This document shows positions 6,561 to 14,455 of a stretch of 25,466 bases of DNA, one piece after another. Made by a program: the position numbers and the translations under genes. The notes under the pieces were generated by a model. That model had not been told where the DNA came from, did no database searches, and worked only from the letters and a program-made list of their open reading frames with translations. Location: IMG/VR virus record IMGVR_UViG_3300049009_000469, positions 1 to 25,466 of that record. One strand, 5' to 3'. How positions within the stretch are numbered: the stretch's first letter is position 1; each line of letters begins with the position of its first letter. This stretch comes from a virus. Lineage: Duplodnaviria; Caudoviricetes.

Positions 6561-8879
6561 CCCGCTCGCAAACCCGCTCACGCGGGTTTTTTTTATGGGT
6601 GTAACACTAGCAAGAGGTGAGCCGGCGCGCGGCGCTGTGCTCTCGGCCATCGCGCGCAGGTCTGATTTTTTAAGGCCCACGAGCTCGGGCGCGCAATAGA
6701 CTTGTTTTTTCGTTTGCAAGTCACGCGTGGCCAAGCGCCCACAGTCTACCCACTGGCACTCGGCCAGCGCGTGCAACAAAGCTCCCTGCGACACTTTATA
6801 AGCGCCTGGGGCCCCGAGTGATAGGGTATCGCACACGGTATGAAACGGCGACGCCACGACACCACCGGCAAACACGCCCACGCGGGCCTTAATAAGGTCA
6901 ACTAGGTACGATTCATTAGCACTCATACCCTGCTCAACTAGGGTAAGTTTAAATTCAGTTACGGGAGGCGCGGCCGACGGGTTAAACGCCGACACGTCGC
7001 GCGCGGCCAGCCACGCGGCGCACGCGCTTAAACCACCTCGGGCAAACCACGCCCAAAGCCGTTGGCTATCCTCGGGCGTCATGCGCGCCACATTCGAGCT
7101 CAGGGCAAACCACCGGCGGTCCTGACTATCTAGGGTTATCGGGACCGCGTCATTAGAAAACGCGATGACCAGGCACCTATTGACCATATCGTACGGTTTA
7201 AGGCCCTTACGGTTGATCGAGAGATACTCTGGGGGTGCGGCGATGATGGGCTTAAGTTTATTGGCCAGAGCTCTACGGTCGCGCGCGTCGGGCTCGCGTA
7301 ATTCGTTCAATATCAGGATCTCGCTCTCAAGCGCGTAATTAAACTGCGAGTTCATGGTGTCCGAGTCCAACAGGCCACGGTTGACCGCGTTGGGCCCGCA
7401 CACGGCCTCAATAAACGGGGCCCACATTGTGTCTTTGCCTATCCCTTGGGGGCCCTTGTGTAGCACCGCGTGGTTAATCTTGCGCTGGGGGTGCTGTAAT
7501 TTATATGCCATGACGTTAAAACAATGCTCTAGCGCCTCGGGTTCGGGCACCAAGTGCCGGCAGTGGTTGATCCACGGGGTAACGTCACCGGCGACGCCCA
7601 CGACGCGCGCGTCGCGCCATCTATTGCCATACACGTCACCGCCTCGGCTGACCAACACGGTTTCACCGGCGGCGTAGGTAATCCCGACCAACGCGGGCGC
7701 GCCGTTCTCTTGGCGCAGTTCATCAAAGGATACGGACGCCTCGACGTGGCGACCGGTACGGATCGACTTGCACGTTATGTGCCGGTAGAGCGCATTAAAG
7801 GTGCCACGGGAAATTTCCCGACGGTCTTGAAGGTCAAAATAAGCGTCGTCTGATTGTATGTAAGCAAAGCGGCCAAACCATTCCTTTTTCTGTACGCGCC
7901 CGAGCTCTCGGGTTTCAATCTCGGCTTGGCGGCGTTTAACATCATCGGGGAAAGCCGCCGTAGGGGCGATAACAGAATACGCCTTGGCCATTGTCTTGGC
8001 TAACAGTTCATCGCGCAGCCCAGGTGCGGCGCTTGGCCCACCTTGGCCCTCGACCCACTCTAAGAATATGTGGCTATCTAACTGTAGGCAGTGCGAGTGA
8101 AGGCAACAGTACGCGCGCATGGCGGGGTTATACCGCCCTTGCGGGTTACCGTCTGTGTGTTCGTGAGCATTGGGGCAAACAACGCCCGCCCAGCCCTCAG
8201 AATTCGGGCGACTGATGACAAGGCTATTCTCAGCGAGCCACGCAAAAATGTTGTCGGTGCCGTCGTCGTCGATTTTGATCGGTTTGTAGACGGATTCGAC
8301 GGGGCCCGACGTAACCCCAAACGCGCCCATGATCTGGGGTAATGAAAACTCACGCTCGGGGTGAAACTCGGTCAGCACCGATTTGAACCCGTTACGCTCA
8401 GGCTTGAGGTTAACGCTACCAGGTATTCTGAAATTGCGTACAGCATTAGTTGCGCCCTTATCAGTAAAGCCCGCCTCGGCGATCGCTTTAATGGCTGCGC
8501 TGAATACTTGGTGCGTGGGTTGATCGTCTAGTGCAAACGTATAGCCCCATTGGTAATTGTCGGGCGACGTTTCGATCTTCCACGTCGGTTCTAGTGGGGG
8601 CGCTTTGCTTTTTGTGCCCACGTCATCCAACACCAAAAAGGCGACGTGGTCGCAGTTGTGGATCGACGCGCTCGGTTTGCTTTTAAACCGCTCGACCACA
8701 AACGACGCCGTGTTGGCGTACCACGCCCCACCCTCTTTATATTCGTGGGGGTAAAAGGCTGGCCATGTCGCCTTGATTGTGCCGTCGGCGTGTTGTTCAT
8801 TTCCAACAGGCTTTTGCTTAACCAACAGGCAGGTTTCACCCTCGGGGGCGACTTTGCTTATATAATCTACGAACTCCAT
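6555..8879 (-). CDS. Primase-helicase (RepB-like/AEP primase + SF3/D5-like NTPase)
   Basis: N-terminal LVLDDVG, IETSPDNYQWGY, RNFRIPGSVN; Zn-finger-like CPNAHEH...CLHSHC; Walker A GPQGIGKDT, Walker B ILILNE, AFSN and DRRW motifs; AAGGAG RBS. Confidence 0.9.
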   Translation of the reverse strand: MEFVDYISKVAPEGETCLLVKQKPVGNEQHADGTIKATWPAFYPHEYKEGGAWYANTASFVVERFKSKPSASIHNCDHVAFLVLDDVGTKSKAPPLEPTWKIETSPDNYQWGYTFALDDQPTHQVFSAAIKAIAEAGFTDKGATNAVRNFRIPGSVNLKPERNGFKSVLTEFHPEREFSLPQIMGAFGVTSGPVESVYKPIKIDDDGTDNIFAWLAENSLVISRPNSEGWAGVVCPNAHEHTDGNPQGRYNPAMRAYCCLHSHCLQLDSHIFLEWVEGQGGPSAAPGLRDELLAKTMAKAYSVIAPTAAFPDDVKRRQAEIETRELGRVQKKEWFGRFAYIQSDDAYFDLQDRREISRGTFNALYRHITCKSIRTGRHVEASVSFDELRQENGAPALVGITYAAGETVLVSRGGDVYGNRWRDARVVGVAGDVTPWINHCRHLVPEPEALEHCFNVMAYKLQHPQRKINHAVLHKGPQGIGKDTMWAPFIEAVCGPNAVNRGLLDSDTMNSQFNYALESEILILNELREPDARDRRALANKLKPIIAAPPEYLSINRKGLKPYDMVNRCLVIAFSNDAVPITLDSQDRRWFALSSNVARMTPEDSQRLWAWFARGGLSACAAWLAARDVSAFNPSAAPPVTEFKLTLVEQGMSANESYLVDLIKARVGVFAGGVVASPFHTVCDTLSLGAPGAYKVSQGALLHALAECQWVDCGRLATRDLQTKKQVYCAPELVGLKKSDLRAMAESTAPRAGSPLASVTPIKKTRVSGFASGL
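6570..6594 (+). terminator. Intrinsic terminator of the early cluster
   Basis: AAACCCGC-TCAC-GCGGGTTT stem-loop with a T8 run, at the convergence of two operons and inside the last codons of the primase-helicase gene. Confidence 0.85.
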
Positions 8880-8899
8880 GCAGTACTCCTTAGTTGTTT

Positions 8900-8930
8900 A
8901 AGCCTCGGCACCCACCGAGGCTTTTTTTTT
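8900..8930 (+). terminator. Intrinsic terminator-like hairpin, antisense to the replication operon
   Basis: AAGCCTCGG-CACCCA-CCGAGGCTT with a T9 run on the + strand. Confidence 0.65.
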
Positions 8931-8973
8931 AGAAAACCCGCCAAGGCTCTTAATATCCTCAAACCGGCGGGTT
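8931..8973 (-). terminator. Hairpin / weak terminator after the DNA polymerase gene
   Basis: On the - strand AACCCGCC...GGCGGGTT (extendable by G-U pairs) followed by TTCT. Confidence 0.5.
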
Positions 8974-8975
8974 AC

Positions 8976-10886
8976 TCATTTTCCATAAAGGGCCATTGTG
9001 CTGATCTCGGCGTCTAGTGGCAAACCCACCGCCCACGGCGGCGGGGTACACATAACTTTTCTTAAGCGTTCAGTAACCATTTCCGGTTGATCGGTTTCGA
9101 TGACAATCTCGTCATGGACGTGCAACACAACGCCGAGAGATTCCACTTGGCGAAGGGCGTAGCGCAATACGTCGTTGGCACAAGCTTGGGTAACATTTTC
9201 ACACGCAAGCCCCCGCCAGAGTCGTGCGCGTGGCCATTCCTTTGCATCGGCGGCGGGCTTCCATGCGGCTTTGGCATACGAAATTCCATCTTCTTCTAGT
9301 TTGGCGTAGGGGTAACAGAGAATCCGACCCGAGGGTAAAGCGTACCATAGGTGCGCCCCGTCAAACAGATAGGTAACCCTACCTGCCGTGATTTCTTTAC
9401 CCTTATTACGCATGGCGGTCGTGTAACCTAGCTCTAGCTCTTGCCAGTAGCGTACCGCCCATTGGTTAGCGCGTCGCCAGGCGTCCACCGTGCGCTGGGC
9501 GTCTGATTCAGTCATAGTCAACCCGTAGGCGCGACCCATTGCCGAGAACGCGCCCAAGCCACCACCGAACCCACAGGCGAGAATGGCGACCTTACCGATC
9601 TGACGCTGATCGGGGGTGACGTCTGACTCGGGTATCTTGTACATGGCGGCCGCTTCCCGTATGTAAATGTCGCGCCCCGAGCGGAACACGTCAAGCACAT
9701 CGTCGCCCCTGCCCGATAGCCACGGGGTCATCCTAGCTTCAATCTGCGCCCAATCGGCAACCACCAAGGACTTACCCTTGGCGGGTATGATTGCCGGCCT
9801 GAGCATCCCCTTTAAGACGTCTGTGACCCTCTTACCAAAGTTGGGAACAATGGGGTGTCCTTGAACCATACTTGCTCTAACCGCCTCGGGCGTCTTAGCG
9901 CACTTTCGAGTGAAATTATGGACTTGCGCGCCATAGCTAGATGCCCGCCCTGTCGCAGAGCCACCGGCAAATACAAACGCTCCTCTAACGCGTGAATCTT
10001 CCACGTCTGCCAAGTCGCGTAAGCGTGAGAACTTCGCAACGCTCGACGCCCAAAGATCATCGGCTGCTTGGATAACCTGCTCAACGTCCGGTGGTAGGTC
10101 TGACGTTGCAAGCAGGTTCGCACGCACGCGTTTGTCAATCGAATATTTTCCATCTTCTAGCTCCATTAGTTTTAAATGTTCTGTACTTAATCTTTCTTTA
10201 ACCCATTCGCGCATCTTCGGCGAACGGACTGACGTAATCGCGCCATTGGTGACGGTTCTGACAATGGACTGTATGTCTTCGAGTTCGGTGGCCGCGTAAG
10301 AGATGGCTGCGTCGGCAAGACGCACGTCCACCAAGACGCCTCGGTCGTTAATTTTTTCGTTGACATGGTAGTCCTCCAGTTCTTCGTCTGATAAAGGTCT
10401 AAGGCTTTGGCTGACGGCGCGCATGGCGCGCACATCTTGTTCACAATAGCAAATTAGCTCTTGCATCAGCGCAGCATCTTCTTTAAACGGCGGTATGCAC
10501 AGCGCGCGGATCAACTGCGCGCCACGGTAATCCTTACGCATACTGGCACCGGCAAAACGCCCTACGTCTTCAAGAGAGCCTGGTGCACAGTTGGCGCGCG
10601 CTTGAGTGGCTGTGCAGTAAAACTGCTCAAGCTCAAAATTGATCTGCAAGACATACCAAAAAATCAACCGCTCAAAGGCGGCGTTGTGGGCGTAGATTAG
10701 ACCCTTATGATTGCGTATGCGTGTGGGGAAAGGCTGCGTGGGTAACCACGTCACCACGTCTTCATCGTCGAACGCATACGACATACACAACACTTCGGTT
10801 GTGCCGTCTTGTGCGTAGTTGTAGACGCCATGCTTCTTTAGGTCGCAGTGGCTTCTTGACTCAAAATCGCACCAAAGCACGCTCAT
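8976..10886 (-). CDS. polA: Family A DNA polymerase with 3'-5' exonuclease domain
   Basis: ExoI DFESRS, ExoII HNAAFE, ExoIII YCEQDV; motif A DWAQIEAR, motif B RQIGKVAILACGFG, motif C HVHDEIV. Confidence 0.95.
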   Translation of the reverse strand: MSVLWCDFESRSHCDLKKHGVYNYAQDGTTEVLCMSYAFDDEDVVTWLPTQPFPTRIRNHKGLIYAHNAAFERLIFWYVLQINFELEQFYCTATQARANCAPGSLEDVGRFAGASMRKDYRGAQLIRALCIPPFKEDAALMQELICYCEQDVRAMRAVSQSLRPLSDEELEDYHVNEKINDRGVLVDVRLADAAISYAATELEDIQSIVRTVTNGAITSVRSPKMREWVKERLSTEHLKLMELEDGKYSIDKRVRANLLATSDLPPDVEQVIQAADDLWASSVAKFSRLRDLADVEDSRVRGAFVFAGGSATGRASSYGAQVHNFTRKCAKTPEAVRASMVQGHPIVPNFGKRVTDVLKGMLRPAIIPAKGKSLVVADWAQIEARMTPWLSGRGDDVLDVFRSGRDIYIREAAAMYKIPESDVTPDQRQIGKVAILACGFGGGLGAFSAMGRAYGLTMTESDAQRTVDAWRRANQWAVRYWQELELGYTTAMRNKGKEITAGRVTYLFDGAHLWYALPSGRILCYPYAKLEEDGISYAKAAWKPAADAKEWPRARLWRGLACENVTQACANDVLRYALRQVESLGVVLHVHDEIVIETDQPEMVTERLRKVMCTPPPWAVGLPLDAEISTMALYGK

Positions 10887-11308
10887 TTAGCACCCCATCT
10901 TGCAGCAAGACCTTTAGCTAACCCTGCCTTTCGCTCAGGCGTCATCCACCTACCCTGAGATACCGAATCTAAAATATTTTCCGTTCGTGTACCCCATCTT
11001 AAATTTACCAACCTATTGTCATTTGGAATTCCGTTAGCGTGCAAACATTCACACCCCTCAGGCGCAGGCCCGACAAACGCAAGCAATACTAATCTATGTA
11101 CGCATTGGCTATTGTTTTTTCCTAAAGCTACACTAACGTGACCACCAGGCATTCTTCCAGGCCTTAACAACCTGCCTTTCCTACAGGAAAAATAAGTCCC
11201 CTTTACTTCACCTGAGCATAAAACAGGCCTACTTAACGAACGCACGTTTCCTTGATCGCTAACTTGATAACGCCCTTCATACTTAGGTATGTCTTTCCAA
11301 ATTTCCAT
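10883..11308 (-). CDS. NUMOD4-HNH homing endonuclease
   Basis: MEIWKDIPKYEGRYQVSDQGNVRS (NUMOD4), VHRLVLLAFVG, CLHANGIPNDNRLVNLRWGTRTEN (HNH). Confidence 0.92.
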   Translation of the reverse strand: MEIWKDIPKYEGRYQVSDQGNVRSLSRPVLCSGEVKGTYFSCRKGRLLRPGRMPGGHVSVALGKNNSQCVHRLVLLAFVGPAPEGCECLHANGIPNDNRLVNLRWGTRTENILDSVSQGRWMTPERKAGLAKGLAARWGAK

Positions 11309-11320
11309 ATTAGCGCCGAT

Positions 11321-11415
11321 AAAAAAGCCCTAAACTGCATTCTCACCTTTCGATGTTGGCGGACGTGGAGTACACGCAGAATGCAGACTAGGGCTTACTC
11401 TGAATATGCCGCCAA
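11321..11415 (-). ncRNA. Candidate structured leader/attenuator RNA upstream of the HNH gene
   Basis: Stem AAGCCCTAG-T-CTGCATTCT / AGAATGCAG-T-TTAGGGCTT plus a U6 tail, internal hairpins CGTG/CACG and CATC-GAAA-GGTG, and an upstream TTGGCGG complementary to the internal CCGCCAA. Confidence 0.65.
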
Positions 11416-11436
11416 GCACAAACATATTATATGTCA

Positions 11437-11549
11437 TAAGGTGTAGGTGGGGGCGTTGATTTGGTCGTTGCTATCTGTGCGCCCGAAGGCAAGAAAAACG
11501 CGCACTTACGACATCCTCAATTGCTTGCCTAACCGCCCCCTATACCTTA
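11437..11549 (-). ncRNA. Candidate structured RNA with nested stems and a potential pseudoknot
   Basis: Nested pairs TAAGGT/ACCTTA, GGGGCG/CGCCCC, TTGA/TCAA, GTCGT/ACGAC, GTGCGC/GCGCAC, plus crossing AGGCAAG/CTTGCCT and an alternative GCC-TTCG-GGC hairpin. Confidence 0.7.
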
Positions 11550-12167
11550 TGCGCCGCGACGACGACGTGCGGGTGCTGCTGCTTCTACTTCTTCAGCAAT
11601 TTCCGGCTCTTCGCCGTCCATGCTGACCCACGACTGAATGTCAAACAGCGGCGTAAAGATGCGACCGTACGACTTGTGCTGATAATGCTCTTTCTTCAAG
11701 AGCACAACCGGCACAGGTTTGCTTTGGTCTTTATCAACCTGCTCGGCAATGGCCACAGCCAAGGTCTGTACGCCACGCTTGCCACCGGCCGAGGTCGTGG
11801 TATAACGCGCTTCCAAGCCCTTGTCTTCGCCTGACAGACACTTAAGTGACATACCGACTTGCACTTCCCAACCGCGCTTGGCGCTTGGTGGTGCATCATC
11901 CATCTCGGGCAATGGATCGCTTACGCTAACCATCTTTTCTGCGAGCACTTCTCCATCACCCCACGCAATGTAGCCGTGGACAAAAGAGAAAGGATTGACC
12001 GCCCAAGTTGAGTCAGCTTCGACTTCGTCTTGATCGGCACCGAACACCCAATGACCGGTCTTGTCCATCTTGATGATAACCGTACCGGTCGGGCCAACGT
12101 CTGCTTGAATGGTACGCAGAGCTGTAGAGAGTGACTTTACTTCAGGGAGTTTAGCTAAGTTAAACAT
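11547..12167 (-). CDS. Putative single-stranded DNA-binding/replication accessory protein
   Basis: 206 aa, aromatic- and beta-rich, acidic C-terminal region. Sits between the exonuclease and polymerase, the usual SSB slot in such modules; AAAGGA RBS. Confidence 0.55.
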   Translation of the reverse strand: MFNLAKLPEVKSLSTALRTIQADVGPTGTVIIKMDKTGHWVFGADQDEVEADSTWAVNPFSFVHGYIAWGDGEVLAEKMVSVSDPLPEMDDAPPSAKRGWEVQVGMSLKCLSGEDKGLEARYTTTSAGGKRGVQTLAVAIAEQVDKDQSKPVPVVLLKKEHYQHKSYGRIFTPLFDIQSWVSMDGEEPEIAEEVEAAAPARRRRGA

Positions 12168-12177
12168 TACTGTTCCT

Positions 12178-13260
12178 TTAGATTAGTTTTAGGTTTGCAA
12201 GTTGCGCGCCTAGATTTAAAACCGCTGGGCGAGGATCATCCTCGGGTGCCAACGTACTGCCCGAACTAACGCTTACAGAAACGTCAGACGGGAATTTCTT
12301 TTTGCCAATAATTTTCTCGGCTTGAGCGACAGATATTAACGTCTTTACATACGCTTTGTCACCAAGCAAATCAATAGCGTTTTGGTCTTTCAGCCATTGA
12401 CGGGTGCCACGCTTGGCGACTAGTTTCCAACCAGGCACCTTTACGTTTTTCTCAAGCATCTCAAGCGCCAACGCTTGCAAGTCGTCAATCCACGATTGCA
12501 GCAACTCGGCCTGAGTCAGGTACTCGCCAATCTTTTCAGCGTCCAGACGGATCAGATCAACCTTATGCGCGCGCTCAACAGCACCCGTGACCATTGGGCA
12601 GGTGGGCTTGGCAGCACACCATTTGCAATGCTCACCCGTTGACATTTTAGTGCGTGGGCCTTTGACAGCGGAAATCAACTCCAACTCAAACGCTTTGATG
12701 CGCTCGGGCGTTGTGACCCAACGCTTTACCATCGGCGGCTGAACAATGATGATTTCAATTTCCTCAACATCCTCAAACACCCACGCAGTTTCAGGCGTAC
12801 GCATGGCGGCGGCGGCGTAAAACATCCCTTGGTAGTTTTCAGTTGCGTCAACAGCCACGCCGTTACCAAATTTCCAATCCAAGACAATTGCCTTCTTGCC
12901 GAGCCGACCAAGTAGGTCAGCACTTCCAAACACGCCTGGCAACAGATCGCCAAAGTTGACGCGGCTTTCAACAACAAACTCCATTTCTTTGGTTGGATCG
13001 ATTTCATCCAACGCCGCAAGCGCCACAGCAATCTTGTCATCGAACAACTCCTGTGTAAGAGTAATGCCTTCGTAAACCATACCAATCACGTCAGTCGCCT
13101 TGCAGTCGAGGATTTGACTGATAGCGTCATGTAAGAGTGTGCCTTCATCAGCAAACTTGCTGCTAGGCAGTTTGGGCATCTTAGCGACCAGATCAATACT
13201 AGCTGGGCAGGAGATGACGCGCTTGGCGGTCGAGCCGCCGACGATAGTTGAGTGATTCAT
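12178..13260 (-). CDS. Cas4-like PD-(D/E)XK exonuclease (DUF2800-like)
   Basis: CPAS, ADEGTLLH, FGSADL, VLDWKFG, QGMFYA, HCKWCAAKPTCP (Fe-S Cys set), VPGWKLVAKRGTRQW. Confidence 0.88.
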   Translation of the reverse strand: MNHSTIVGGSTAKRVISCPASIDLVAKMPKLPSSKFADEGTLLHDAISQILDCKATDVIGMVYEGITLTQELFDDKIAVALAALDEIDPTKEMEFVVESRVNFGDLLPGVFGSADLLGRLGKKAIVLDWKFGNGVAVDATENYQGMFYAAAAMRTPETAWVFEDVEEIEIIIVQPPMVKRWVTTPERIKAFELELISAVKGPRTKMSTGEHCKWCAAKPTCPMVTGAVERAHKVDLIRLDAEKIGEYLTQAELLQSWIDDLQALALEMLEKNVKVPGWKLVAKRGTRQWLKDQNAIDLLGDKAYVKTLISVAQAEKIIGKKKFPSDVSVSVSSGSTLAPEDDPRPAVLNLGAQLANLKLI

Positions 13261-13565
13261 TTTGACACCTCAATAGCCAACAGGCTTTGCAGTTGATCTT
13301 CAAGTTTTTGCACTTTAACTTGCGCGTCGGCTTTGACTATTTGCATTTCAGCTTGCAACGCCGCAACTTTGTTTTGAATCATATCGTTGCGGTCGATTAA
13401 GTCAAACTCAATCGTAGCCGTGCCAACCTTGGTGTAACCGTGAGTTGACATATCCAACTCTGTAAACGATATGTCTTCGACAAGCTGTTCGCCTGTAGCA
13501 GACAGAATTTGCTCGGGAGAAAGGCGGCTGTGCTTAGACAACCAAGCGGTAGCGATAATTTTCAT
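13257..13565 (-). CDS. Hypothetical protein with C-terminal coiled coil (102 aa)
   Basis: First gene of the leftward replication operon; ATGA overlap with the exonuclease gene. Confidence 0.8.
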   Translation of the reverse strand: MKIIATAWLSKHSRLSPEQILSATGEQLVEDISFTELDMSTHGYTKVGTATIEFDLIDRNDMIQNKVAALQAEMQIVKADAQVKVQKLEDQLQSLLAIEVSK

Positions 13566-13580
13566 TTCGTGTAGTCCAAT

Positions 13581-13629
13581 TTAGTTGAGTGAGATTTAAT
13601 TGTACACGATTTTTTGCTTGTGCTATACT
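13581..13629. promoter_or_regulatory. Overlapping divergent promoters
   Basis: Rightward: TTGTAC (13600) - 18 nt - TATACT (13624) with an extended TG. Leftward: TACAAT inside a module similar to 4347-4391. Confidence 0.65.
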
Positions 13630-13636
13630 TTTTTAC

Positions 13637-13909
13637 ATGAAAGAATCAGAAATCGAAAATTATTTTAAATGGGCGGTCGAACGCGCGGGTGGCAAGACGT
13701 ACAAGTTTACGTCACCAAGCCACCGTGGCGTAGCTGACCGTATAGCGTGTTTGCCCAATGGGGCGACATGGTTTGTAGAGTTAAAGACCAAAGGAGGTCG
13801 ATTGTCAGAATTACAAAAAATTTTTGCCGCCGATATGGCTAAATTAAACCAAAACTACAGTTGTCTATGGACTAAGGAGCAGGTCGATGCGTTTATTAGT
13901 AGCTTGTGA
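13637..13909 (+). CDS. VRR-NUC domain nuclease
   Basis: MKESEIE, YKFTSPSHRGVADRI, WFVELKTKGGRLSELQ. Start moved to the ATG at 13637. Confidence 0.92.
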   Translation: MKESEIENYFKWAVERAGGKTYKFTSPSHRGVADRIACLPNGATWFVELKTKGGRLSELQKIFAADMAKLNQNYSCLWTKEQVDAFISSL

Positions 13910-14455
13910 ATATAGCGGTTTAGTCCGCGATGCGTTCATACGGGGGGGCATGAGGCTATGAGTTGCGACTTATTGCCAACGGATGCGCCTGGGCCACATT
14001 ATCAGGGCAGCGTTGTTGACCTGTTAGATAAACCGTGGGACATGGTAATTGCATTTCCTCCGTGTACGCATCTTGCCGTGTCAGGTGCAAAGCATTTTGC
14101 CGCCAAACGCGCCGACGGGCGTCAACAAGAGGGTATTGATTTTTTTAACTTGTTTACCAACCTTGACGTTGAACGTGTGTGCATAGAAAACCCAATAGGC
14201 ATCATGTCTAAGTTATATCGCAAGCCTGACCAGATTATTCAGCCGTGGATGTTTGGCGACGAAGCGCAAAAAAGCACTTGCCTGTGGTTAAAAGGTTTAC
14301 CGTTGCTTACGCCGACCAACATTGTGGGCAAAGGTGATTTTTATGTATCCCCGTCAGGTAAAAAATTACCTGCTTGGTACAACGGCGCGTCAGCTAAAAC
14401 CCGATCAAAAACTTTTCAGGGCATTGCTAACGCAATGGCAGCGCAATGGAACTAA
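13887..14455 (+). pseudogene. Phage DNA cytosine methyltransferase-like gene, frameshifted at a G7 tract
   Basis: The N-terminus MRLLVACEYSGLVRDAFIR starts at ATG 13887 but stops at 13959-13961. The rest (HEAMSCDLLP, IAFPPCTHL, IENP, IIQPWMFG, RSKTFQGIANAMAAQW) is in the -1 frame. One extra G at 13942-13948 joins them. Confidence 0.75.

Noticed and set aside
10883-11549. Group I intron carrying the HNH
   Set aside because: The flanking SSB-like and polA genes are each complete, and I see no P7/catalytic-core motifs. The HNH is free-standing.
12178-13260. Cas4 as evidence of a CRISPR system
   Set aside because: It is a stand-alone Cas4-like exonuclease in the standard exonuclease-SSB-PolA replication module.
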